Of a stretch of DNA of 48,260 bases, positions 39,281 through 47,948 are shown piece by piece. The stretch comes from Desulfobacterales bacterium. Its GTDB lineage: Bacteria > Desulfobacterota > Desulfobacteria > Desulfobacterales > JAABRJ01. Position 1 is the stretch's first letter. The number at the start of each line of letters is the position of its first letter. Location: assembly GCA_046481705.1 (NCBI GenBank), contig JAWOJK010000134.1:1-48260 (forward strand). Reading direction: 5' to 3'. The translations under genes were made by a program, and so were the position numbers. The notes beneath the pieces were generated by a model, which was not told where the DNA came from, did no database searches, and saw nothing but the letters and a program-made list of their open reading frames with translations.

Positions 39281-40420
39281 ATGGCAAGCACGCTAAAAAT
39301 CGAGGTGAGCGCCGGTGACATCCTGTCGGCGCTGCAGGCGTTTTTAAAATCGGTGCTCGCGCAGGAGACGATCAGCGCCCTGCTGGTCCCGCAACACCTG
39401 CCCATGAAAGACCGGGTGATGCCGGCCCTGGTGTCGGATCCCGCAAAACTTGCCGCAGCCGACCCGCTGGCACCGGCCTTTCCCCTGAACGCCGCGCGCC
39501 TGGCGGCACGCCTGACCCGCCGCACCGCCGGCGGCCGGATCGCGGCGGTCCTGCGACCGTGCGAAATCCGCGCCCTGGTCGAACTGGTCAAGCTCAAACA
39601 GGCCAGCACCGAAGAACTTCTTCTGATCGGGATCGACTGTCTCGGCGCCTTCACCAACCGCGACTACGCACGCTACACGGCGACAACCGGGGCAGGAGCC
39701 ACGACCGCATTTTACCGCCGCATCCTCTTCGAAGGCCAAAGGCCCGCGGATGACTTCGATCTGGCGCCGGCCTGCCGGGTCTGCGAACACCCCGTCCCCG
39801 AAGGGGCCGATATCCTGATCGGGCTATACGGCGCCACCCCCGGGGGGCCGCTGTGGGCCGAAGCCCAGACCCCGAAAGGGAAAGCGTTCCTCGAACAGCT
39901 CGGGGCAGGGGCCGCGGAGGCCCCCGCCGGGCGTTCAGGGGCCGTTGCCGAACTCATCGCGGCGCGCAGCGCGCGCCGGGACGAAATGTTCGCCGCCACC
40001 CGTGAGCAGACCGACAGCCTGGAAAAACTCAGCGCCTACCTGGCCGCCTGCGTCAACTGCTACAACTGCCGGGTCGCCTGCCCGGTATGCTACTGCCGGG
40101 AGTGCGTTTTCGTCACCGACGTGTTCGACCACGAACCCTTTCAGTACTTGAAGTGGGCCCATCGCAAGGGGGCCGTCAAGATGCCCACCGACACCATTTT
40201 CTTTCACCTGACGCGGCTGGCCCACATCAGCACCGCCTGCGTGGGCTGCGGCCAGTGCTCCAACGCCTGCCCCAACGACATCGCGGTCATGGAACTCTTT
40301 CGCAGCGTGTCCCACCGAACCCAGGCGGCGTTTAAATACGAAGCCGGCCGCAGCCTGGACGAACCGCCCCCGCTGGCGGTGTTCAAAGAGGATGAATTTG
40401 GGGAGGTAACCGGCCTGTAA
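39281..40420 (+). CDS. FdhB/FrhB-family subunit with a C-terminal 4Fe-4S dicluster
   Basis: LRPCEIRALVEL.K..Q, GIDC.G, AC..C, CVNCYNCRVACPVCYC..C, FHLTR..H and CVGCGQCSNACP. Confidence 0.85.
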   Translation: MASTLKIEVSAGDILSALQAFLKSVLAQETISALLVPQHLPMKDRVMPALVSDPAKLAAADPLAPAFPLNAARLAARLTRRTAGGRIAAVLRPCEIRALVELVKLKQASTEELLLIGIDCLGAFTNRDYARYTATTGAGATTAFYRRILFEGQRPADDFDLAPACRVCEHPVPEGADILIGLYGATPGGPLWAEAQTPKGKAFLEQLGAGAAEAPAGRSGAVAELIAARSARRDEMFAATREQTDSLEKLSAYLAACVNCYNCRVACPVCYCRECVFVTDVFDHEPFQYLKWAHRKGAVKMPTDTIFFHLTRLAHISTACVGCGQCSNACPNDIAVMELFRSVSHRTQAAFKYEAGRSLDEPPPLAVFKEDEFGEVTGL

Positions 40421-40484
40421 CCAACCGGCCCTGCCCGCCGCAGCGGCGGCAATGGCCGCGAACACCCATCAACAGAGGCCAGCC

Positions 40485-43400
40485 ATGAAACGAAAAATCG
40501 GCAGCGCAATGGTTGTCGGCGCCGGGATCGCCGGCATCCGGGCGGCCCTGGACCTGGCCGAAAGCGGCTACGGGGTCACCCTGATCGACCGCGCAGCGCA
40601 TATCGGCGGGATTCTGAGTCAACTGGACTACCAGTTCCCCAGCAATGGCTGCGGCATGTGCAAGCTGCTGCCGCTGGTGGCGCGCGATGCCGGCTCCCAG
40701 TATTGCCTGCGCAAGGGGCTTTTCCACGAAAACATCGACATCCTGCTTTCCACCGAAATCGCCGCCATATCAGGCGAGGCCGGCCATTTCGAGGTCACCC
40801 TGCGCCAGTCGCCCAACCCGGTGGACCCGGAGCGCTGCACCGGCTGCGGGGCCTGCACGGCGGTCTGCCCGGTGTCGGTGCCGGATGAATTCAACGCCGG
40901 GCTGACCTTGCGCAAGGCCATCTACCTGCCCGTGCCGCATGCCATTCCCAACCCTTTCAGGATCGACCCGGCCGCCTGCACCCGCTGCGGCGCATGTGTC
41001 GCGGCCTGCCCCAACGGCGCCATCCAGCTGGCGGATAGCGGTCGGGAAGGCTTCCGCGTGCTGGTGGTCGATGACGAGCTGATCGTGCGGGATTCCATCC
41101 ACGCCTGGCTCACGGACGAAGGCTACACGGTGGAGATGGCCGCCGGCGGCCGGGAGGCCCTGAAGCGACTGACCGAGCAGCGGTTTCAGCTGATGCTGCT
41201 GGATATCAAAATGCCCGGCATGGATGGGGTCGAAGTCCTCCAAAAAGCCCGCGAAATGCAACCGGACCTGTGCGTCGTGATGATGACCGCCTACGCCACG
41301 GTCGAAACCGCCATCGAAGCGATGAAGGCCGGCGCGCGCGAATACCTGCTCAAACCCTTTGAGCCCGACACGCTGAGCGCTCAGGTGGCCCGCATCTACC
41401 ATGAGACCGAGCTGGCCGAAGCCCGGCGGGTTGAAACCGGCGCGTTGATTCTCTGCGGGGGGACCGATTATTACAACCCGGCCGAGGGCAAAAACCCGTT
41501 TGCCTACCGGCAAAGCCCGCATGTGCTGACCAGCTTGGAATTCGAACGGATCTTGAGCGGCACCGGCCCCAGCGGCGGACGGCTGGTGCGCCCGGCGGAC
41601 GGCAAAGCGGTCGGCAAGGTGGCCTGGATCCAGTGCGTGGGGTCCCGCGATCTTCAGAGCGGAGCGGACTTCTGTTCCACCGTCTGCTGCATGTATGCCA
41701 TCAAGGAGGCCCTCCTGGCCCGGGAAAAAACCGCTACGGACCTTGAAACGACGATCTTCTACATGGACCTGCGCACCCCCGGAAAGTCTTTTCAGCGCTA
41801 CCGCGACCGGGCGGAGCAGGAAGGCGGCGTAAAGTTCGAACGGGGTCGGATCCACTCCGTGGTCCCCGACCCGGCCACCGGCGACCCCGTGCTGGCGTAT
41901 GTGCCCCACGACGGCGGCCGCCGCGAGGAATGTTTTGACCTGGTGGTGCTCGCCGTTGGCCAGCGGCCCGCGGCCGGTGCCGCCCAACTGGCCGAAATCG
42001 CCGGGATCGAACTGAACCCCTGGGGGTTTGCCCGCAGCGCCCCGTTTTCTCTGACCCGCAGCAGCCGCGAGGGCATTTTCCTGGGCGGCGCCTTTGCCGG
42101 TCTGCAGGACATCTCCGATTCAGTGATCCGGGCCAGTTCGGCCGCTTTGGGCGCTTCACGGGTGCTGCACGCCGGCGGCGGCAGCCTGGGCGCCGCCCCA
42201 TCGCCGGCCGCGACGCTGCGGGACGTCAGCCGCGAGACGCCCCGGGTCGGGGTGATTTTCTGCACGTGCGGCGAGAGCGTCCCGCTGACCACGGCCCTGG
42301 CCGCTGACCTGCAGCAGGACCCGGCGGTGGCGTGGGTCAGCGCCCTTGAAAAAACCTGCACCGCCGAGGGCTGGGAGGCCATGACGGACCTGGTGAAGGC
42401 CCGGGACGTAAACCGCCTGCTGATCGCCGCTTGCCGCCCCTATGTTTACGCCCGCAAACTGCGCGAACTGAGTGCGGCGGTCGGGCTCGAACCGGCCCTG
42501 ATGACGGTGGTGGACATCCGCAGCCTGTCGCCGACGACCGCCCCGCCTCCCGCGGAGGTGGCGCGGGTCGTGGCGATGGGGGTCGCAGCGCTGAAAAAGG
42601 TCGCACCGGGGCCGGTGCCCAGCGTTGCAGTGGTCCAGGAGGCCCTGGTGGTGGGCGGCGGGATTGCCGGCATGACCGCAGCCCTGAGCATTGCCGACCA
42701 CGGGTACCCGGTAAGGCTGGTGGAGCAGGCCGAATCCCTGGGCGGCAACCTCAACTGGCTGACCTCCACCTTGGACAACCAAAACCCCCGGGCCCTGCTG
42801 ACCGAAACCGTGACCCGGGTGGGAAAGCACCCGCGCATCACGGTCCACACCAGCAGCCGGGTGGCCGGGGCCTTCGGCGAGGTCGGCCATTTTTTCACCA
42901 CCATCGAGGGACCCGACGGACGAACCACCAGCCTGGAGCACGGAACGGTGATCCTCGCCACCGGCGGCAGCGAGGCGGCCACCACGGCCTACGGCTACGG
43001 GACCAGCGAAGCCGTATTGACCCTCAAGGCGCTGGAAACCCGCCTGGCCAGCACGGCCATCGATCCGGCCGAGCTGACGGCCGTCGTCATGATCCAGTGC
43101 GTCGAGTGCCGCGAGGAGCCCCGCAACTACTGCAGCCAGGTCTGCTGCCCCTCGGCCCTCAAACACGCCCTCGCGCTCAAAAAGGGCAACCCGGATATCG
43201 CGGTTTATGTGTTGTACCGCGACATGATGAGCTGCGGCTTCAACGAAACCTACTACACCCGGGCGCGTCAGGCCGGAATTCTGTTTTTCCCGTATAGCCT
43301 GCAGCGCAAACCCAAGGTGAGGATCGACGCCGAAACCGGACCGCTGGTGACCGTCTTCGAACCGGTGCTCGGGCGCGAAGTCGCCATTGCGGCCGACCTC

Positions 43401-43892
43401 GTGGTGTTGGCGACCGGCATCGTGCCCCATCTGCCCGAAGCGCTGGTCGACGCATTTGGCATCGTCCGCGACCGGGACGGATTTTTCCAGGAAGCCGAAT
43501 CCAAGTGGCGGCCGGTGGATGCCGTCAAGGAGGGGGTTTTTGCCTGCGGCCTGGTGCGCGCGCCCCACGGCATTCCGGAAGTCATTGCCGAGGCGGAAGC
43601 CGCGGCCCAGCGTGCGCTCAGAATTCTGGGGCGCAAACGCCTGCCGGCCGGGAAGGTGGTGGCGGAGGTGCGCCTCAGCCTCTGCAGCCGCTGTGAGCGC
43701 TGCCTCGACGCCTGCCCTTACGGCGCCCGGTGCCTCAACCCGGAGCTGGACAGAATCTTCATCAACCCGGCCATGTGCCAGGGCTGCGGGGCCTGCGCCG
43801 CGGTTTGCCCCAACAGTGCGGCGATTGTGGCGGGATTTACGGACGGTCAGATGCTGGCGGTGATCGACGCCGCCCTGGAAGGAGTATCGTGA
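40485..43892 (+). CDS. hdrA: Double-module HdrA-like flavoprotein with an internal response-regulator receiver domain
   Basis: Module 1: GAGIAG, FPSNGCGMC, 2x[4Fe-4S] insert, REC at 41052-41405, SLEFER, CSTVCCMYAIK. Module 2: FCTCG, GGGIAG, CSQVCC..ALK, C-terminal 2x[4Fe-4S]. Alternative start at 40452. Confidence 0.92.
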   Translation: MKRKIGSAMVVGAGIAGIRAALDLAESGYGVTLIDRAAHIGGILSQLDYQFPSNGCGMCKLLPLVARDAGSQYCLRKGLFHENIDILLSTEIAAISGEAGHFEVTLRQSPNPVDPERCTGCGACTAVCPVSVPDEFNAGLTLRKAIYLPVPHAIPNPFRIDPAACTRCGACVAACPNGAIQLADSGREGFRVLVVDDELIVRDSIHAWLTDEGYTVEMAAGGREALKRLTEQRFQLMLLDIKMPGMDGVEVLQKAREMQPDLCVVMMTAYATVETAIEAMKAGAREYLLKPFEPDTLSAQVARIYHETELAEARRVETGALILCGGTDYYNPAEGKNPFAYRQSPHVLTSLEFERILSGTGPSGGRLVRPADGKAVGKVAWIQCVGSRDLQSGADFCSTVCCMYAIKEALLAREKTATDLETTIFYMDLRTPGKSFQRYRDRAEQEGGVKFERGRIHSVVPDPATGDPVLAYVPHDGGRREECFDLVVLAVGQRPAAGAAQLAEIAGIELNPWGFARSAPFSLTRSSREGIFLGGAFAGLQDISDSVIRASSAALGASRVLHAGGGSLGAAPSPAATLRDVSRETPRVGVIFCTCGESVPLTTALAADLQQDPAVAWVSALEKTCTAEGWEAMTDLVKARDVNRLLIAACRPYVYARKLRELSAAVGLEPALMTVVDIRSLSPTTAPPPAEVARVVAMGVAALKKVAPGPVPSVAVVQEALVVGGGIAGMTAALSIADHGYPVRLVEQAESLGGNLNWLTSTLDNQNPRALLTETVTRVGKHPRITVHTSSRVAGAFGEVGHFFTTIEGPDGRTTSLEHGTVILATGGSEAATTAYGYGTSEAVLTLKALETRLASTAIDPAELTAVVMIQCVECREEPRNYCSQVCCPSALKHALALKKGNPDIAVYVLYRDMMSCGFNETYYTRARQAGILFFPYSLQRKPKVRIDAETGPLVTVFEPVLGREVAIAADLVVLATGIVPHLPEALVDAFGIVRDRDGFFQEAESKWRPVDAVKEGVFACGLVRAPHGIPEVIAEAEAAAQRALRILGRKRLPAGKVVAEVRLSLCSRCERCLDACPYGARCLNPELDRIFINPAMCQGCGACAAVCPNSAAIVAGFTDGQMLAVIDAALEGVS

Positions 43893-43952
43893 CGACCGGC
43901 TGCGCATCCCTGCTTCCAGCCCTTTTGAATGCCGACGGCAGAAGGAGTTCAC

Positions 43953-44528
43953 ATGAAAGCCAGCGCCACCGCAACCCGTCCGGGTGAAACCGCCAGCGTT
44001 CGCGAACCGCTGACGGACATCCGCCAAATGGTCAGCGCCTGCATCCAGTGCGGCACCTGCACCGGCTCGTGCCCCAACGCGCATGCCATGGACCACACCC
44101 CCCGCCAGCTCTGGCGAATGGTGCTGATGGAGGAGCAGGACCTGATTTTTGAGAGCAAAACCTTCGCCCTCTGCTCGGCCTGTTATACCTGCAGCCTGCG
44201 GTGTCCCCGGGGTCTGCCGCTGACCGAAGCCATGGCGGCCCTCAAACAGGCCGCCGCCCGCGCGAACGTCCCGGCCTTCCGGCCAAGCGCCCGATTCTAT
44301 CGCAGCTTCCTCGAAAGCGTGCGCCGCCATGGACGGGTGCGTGAAAGCGAATTCATGACGCTTTACTTCCTGGCCATGAAAAACCCGCTGCTGCCGCTGA
44401 AGTTTGCACCGCTGGGCTTCAAGCTGATGGGCAAGGGCAAGCTGCAGGTGGCCCTGCCGACCGGCTCCGGCCGGGGGGCCCTGGATGCCATCTTTGACAA
44501 AGTCGCTGAACTGGAGGGCCGGTCATGA
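43953..44528 (+). CDS. hdrC: Heterodisulfide reductase subunit C
   Basis: CIQCGTCTGSCP and CSACYTCSLRCPRG, F..SV..HGR..E. SD AAGGAG. Confidence 0.9.
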   Translation: MKASATATRPGETASVREPLTDIRQMVSACIQCGTCTGSCPNAHAMDHTPRQLWRMVLMEEQDLIFESKTFALCSACYTCSLRCPRGLPLTEAMAALKQAAARANVPAFRPSARFYRSFLESVRRHGRVRESEFMTLYFLAMKNPLLPLKFAPLGFKLMGKGKLQVALPTGSGRGALDAIFDKVAELEGRS

Positions 44529-45394
44529 AGTATCTCTACTACCCGGGGTGTTCCCTGGAGGCCAGCGCCAGCGAGTACGACCGCTCCAGCCGCGCCTTCC
44601 TGACGGCCATGGGGGCTGAGATTACGGAACTGGCGGATTGGAACTGCTGCGGGGCCAGCGCCGCCGAGGCCCAAAGCCGGCTGCTAGCCCTGGCCCTGCC
44701 CGCGCGCAACCTCGCAATAGCCGAAAGGATGGGGGTTGCCCGCGACCTTCTGGTGCCCTGCAGCGCCTGCTATCTGAACCTCAGGAAGGTGGCGGAAAAA
44801 ATCCGGCGCGAGCCGGACCTGCTGGCGGAACTCAATACGGTCCTGAGCGCCGATGGGCTGCAGCTGAGCGGCGGGGTCCGGGTTCGGCACCTGCTGGACG
44901 TGGTGGCCACCGACCTGGGGGCCCAAGCGCTGCGCGCCAAGGTTAGCCGCCCGCTGAAGGGGCTGACGATCGCGCCCTACTACGGCTGCCAGTGCCTGCG
45001 GCCCTACAAGGTATTTGACGACCCCGAAGCGCCGCAGACCATGTCCCCCCTGATCGAGGCCGCGGGGGCCGCCGTGCACCCCTGGCAGATGGGCGCGCGC
45101 TGCTGCAGCGCCTCGCTGATGACCACCAAACCGGAGGTCGGGGTGGTGCTGGTGGCCGACATCCTCACGGCCGCGCGCGGGGCGGACGCCATCGCAACCG
45201 TCTGTCCCATGTGCCAGATGAACCTCGAGGCTTTCCAGGCCAAAGCTTCCCGTTTTGCCGGTGAAAACCTCGCCATTTCGGTGCTCTACCTGCCTCAGCT
45301 GCTGGGGCTGGCCATGGGCCTTTCGGAGTCGGAGCTCGGGCTGGGGTTCAACCTGGCGCTGACGGCAGGGTTACGGAATAAGCTGGCCGCTTGA
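44525..45394 (+). CDS. hdrB: Heterodisulfide reductase subunit B (two CCG domains)
   Basis: YYPGC, WNCCG, CSAC, YYGC, RCCS and CPMC..NL. ATGA overlap with hdrC. Confidence 0.93.
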   Translation: MKYLYYPGCSLEASASEYDRSSRAFLTAMGAEITELADWNCCGASAAEAQSRLLALALPARNLAIAERMGVARDLLVPCSACYLNLRKVAEKIRREPDLLAELNTVLSADGLQLSGGVRVRHLLDVVATDLGAQALRAKVSRPLKGLTIAPYYGCQCLRPYKVFDDPEAPQTMSPLIEAAGAAVHPWQMGARCCSASLMTTKPEVGVVLVADILTAARGADAIATVCPMCQMNLEAFQAKASRFAGENLAISVLYLPQLLGLAMGLSESELGLGFNLALTAGLRNKLAA

Positions 45395-45430
45395 CGGCTG
45401 AGGGTTGCAGGCCTGCGCGCCGGGCGGCGG

Positions 45431-47002
45431 TCACGCCGCCTGATTTTCAGAGGTGTTTTTTTGGGGCTCTGGCGGCTCGCCGCCGACGGCGGGCAGGCGC
45501 ACGGTGAAACAGGAACCCTCCCCCGGTGCGGATGCCACCGTGATCTCGCCCCCGTGCTGGTGGACGATTTTAGCGGCCACAAAAAGACCCAGGCCGGTCC
45601 CCTTGTCGGCTTTGGAGGAGGCGAAGAGCGTGAAAATCCCGGCGCGGGTGTCGGCATCCATGCCGATACCGTTGTCCTCGACTTCGAACACAACCTGCTG
45701 AGGCTCCCGACGGACCCGGAACACCACGCGGTGCTCGGTTTTTTGACGGTCCTCGATGCAGGCGTCCACGGCATTTTCCAGGATATTGACCAGAGCGGCC
45801 TGGACCTGGCCGGCATCCAACTCGAAACGCCCCAAACCGGGCGCGAGCTCCTGCACGAAGCGGATGCCGTGGCGCTTCATTTTTGGGGTGATCAGGCCGG
45901 TGAGCTCCTCGGCAAATACCGCCAGATCCACCGGCGTAGGCACCACCGCCCGTTCCTTGGCCTGGTAGAGAATATCGAGCACCATCCCCCGGATGCGCCC
46001 CACCATGAGCTTGACCACCTCCCAGCCCTCCTGGACCTGCGCCTGATCTTCGTGCGCAAAACCGGCATCGATCAGGTACATGCCGCCGTCCAGCCCCGTC
46101 AACAGCCCCTTGATGGCATGCGAGACCGAACCGATCATCAATCCCAGTGAGGCGAGGTGATCCTGCAGCTGGCTCAGCTGGGTGATGTTGGTGGCCATCA
46201 CCAGCACGTGGGTGATATCCCCATGCGCATCGCGCACGGGGGTGGTCCACACCAGGGTGTTGAAGGACGCGCCGGTTTGGGTTTTGAAAACCATTTCCGT
46301 CTGCTGGGGGCAGCCGCTGTGGAAAGTTTTATCGGCGGGGCAGTCCTCACAGGGCGCCGCGACCTGTTTGCAGAGTTCATAACAGCAGGATTCGCCGGGC
46401 TCCCCGAAATCCTGCCTGAAGAGCCTGTTGGCGGCCGTGAGGTGATACTGACGATCCCGCACGGTGATGTAACACGGCATATCGTCGAAGAGTTTCTGGT
46501 AGCGGGAAGGATCCGGCGCTGGTTGCGCGCCTGAAGCTTTTGACGCAGAGGGCTTGGCGACCGCCTGGAGCCGCGCCGTCTTTTCATGCACCAAGGTTTC
46601 CAGGTTTTCGGTGTACTCTTTTAACTTGCGGCGAATGAGAATGTTCTCGCGGGCTTTCTGGAGGGATTTTTCAAGGGCGTCATCGCTGATCGGCTTGGTG
46701 ACGAAATCGGTGGCGTCGTATTGCAGGCTTTTGATGGCGAGTTCCATGTCACCGTGGCCGGTGATCATGATGACCTCGGTTTCGGGGTTCTGCTGCTTGA
46801 TGCGCCGCAGCAAGGTGATGCCATCCATGCCGGGCATCTTGATGTCGGTGAGCACGATGTCCGGTTGCTCACTTTCAAAAATGCGCAGGGCCTCCTCCCC
46901 GTTTTCGGCGGTCAAAACGGTGTAGCCGCTGTCTGCCAGCGAAATGCCGAGGACCTTGCGGATACCTTCCTCGTCATCTACCAGAAGCAGTTTGGATTTC
47001 AT
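45431..47002 (-). CDS. Soluble hybrid histidine kinase REC-PAS(Cys-rich)-HisKA-HATPase
   Basis: REC (LVDDE, TDIKMP, VTKP), PAS with CCYELC...PCEDCP, H-box SHAIKG, NAVDAC, DNGIG and GTGLGL. Confidence 0.9.
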   Translation of the reverse strand: MKSKLLLVDDEEGIRKVLGISLADSGYTVLTAENGEEALRIFESEQPDIVLTDIKMPGMDGITLLRRIKQQNPETEVIMITGHGDMELAIKSLQYDATDFVTKPISDDALEKSLQKARENILIRRKLKEYTENLETLVHEKTARLQAVAKPSASKASGAQPAPDPSRYQKLFDDMPCYITVRDRQYHLTAANRLFRQDFGEPGESCCYELCKQVAAPCEDCPADKTFHSGCPQQTEMVFKTQTGASFNTLVWTTPVRDAHGDITHVLVMATNITQLSQLQDHLASLGLMIGSVSHAIKGLLTGLDGGMYLIDAGFAHEDQAQVQEGWEVVKLMVGRIRGMVLDILYQAKERAVVPTPVDLAVFAEELTGLITPKMKRHGIRFVQELAPGLGRFELDAGQVQAALVNILENAVDACIEDRQKTEHRVVFRVRREPQQVVFEVEDNGIGMDADTRAGIFTLFASSKADKGTGLGLFVAAKIVHQHGGEITVASAPGEGSCFTVRLPAVGGEPPEPQKNTSENQAA

Positions 47003-47021
47003 GGCTCGTGACGGCTGCGGG

Positions 47022-47381
47022 TCAGTCCGGCAACCCGATGGCGCGCTGCACGGTCAGCAGCAGCTTGTCGGGGTCAAACGGTTTGCTGATGTAGGCCACC
47101 GCCTTCTTGATGGCATGCCGCCCGGCCATACCGCTGATCACGATGACGGGAATATCCTGCAGCTCGGGGTCCTTGGTCATCCGGCGGTAAAAGTGCGGAC
47201 CCCACTCCTCGGGCATTTCCAGGTCCAGGGTGATCAGGTCGGGTTTTTCGCGTTTGACCACATCCAACGCCGCCACGCCGGTGGTGGCGCTGCAGGTGGT
47301 GTAACCGTTGTCCTCGAGCAGCGCGGTAAGGTATTTCACGATAATGGGGTCGTCATCGATGATCAGGATTTTCTTTGCCAT
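47022..47381 (-). CDS. Single-domain response regulator of the tmc-associated type (resembles Desulfovibrio DVU0259, from recall)
   Basis: MAKKILIIDDD, PDLITLDLEMPEEWGP.FYR, VISG and SKPFDP. Directly downstream of tmcA. Confidence 0.88.
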   Translation of the reverse strand: MAKKILIIDDDPIIVKYLTALLEDNGYTTCSATTGVAALDVVKREKPDLITLDLEMPEEWGPHFYRRMTKDPELQDIPVIVISGMAGRHAIKKAVAYISKPFDPDKLLLTVQRAIGLPD

Positions 47382-47487
47382 GCGGTGACCTCTTTTTGGG
47401 CGAATCGGTTGGGGCCTGCAGGAAAATCGGGAGGACACACCCAAGGCCGGACCGCCCGGATGTGCCCGTTAGTTCCATGCAGGCCAC

Positions 47488-47880
47488 TTAATTCCGAGGG
47501 TGGCACTCGGCACACATCACCGGACCGGCCAGCTGTTCCCGATGACAGCCCCCACAGCGCAAATGGTAGGCCACAATCAGCGCGATCGGTTCGGCGCCGC
47601 TGGCGGCCAGGTGGCATTCCGAGCACTCCTGGTCCTCGGAGGTTTCGTCGGCCAGCAGCTGGCCATCCTCCACGACATGATGGCAGACGTTGCACTCATC
47701 GATGCCGGCCTTTTCATTGTGGTCGTCGTGCAGGAAGGGCACCGGCGGCCGCATCCGGTTACCGAAGGCGCTGTCCCTCACGGTGGTCACGTCCTCCTGG
47801 GAGTATACGGCCGATCCGGCTGCCAGCGCCAGGGCCGCCAACACAAGAAGCGCAAAGGCCATCAAAGCGCGGTTTTTCAT
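47488..47880 (-). CDS. tmcA: Acidic tetraheme (type II) cytochrome c3
   Basis: Signal peptide, F.HDDHNEKA and four heme motifs (CNVCHH, CSECH, CGGCH, CAECH). Acidic composition; follows a TmcB-like gene. Confidence 0.85.
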   Translation of the reverse strand: MKNRALMAFALLVLAALALAAGSAVYSQEDVTTVRDSAFGNRMRPPVPFLHDDHNEKAGIDECNVCHHVVEDGQLLADETSEDQECSECHLAASGAEPIALIVAYHLRCGGCHREQLAGPVMCAECHPRN

Positions 47881-47948
47881 CAGGTCACCCCCTTTTCTTG
47901 CTTCGGCTGCAGCAAACCACAGCGGCCGGGAAGGGCCGCCCGGGGGCC

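Noticed and set aside
35337-45394. Selenocysteine recoding in HdrA, HdrL or MvhD, which occurs in some sulfate reducers
   Set aside because: All ORFs are uninterrupted, with Cys codons at the usual positions (FPTLDC, CNWC, GCH). No in-frame TGA needs readthrough.
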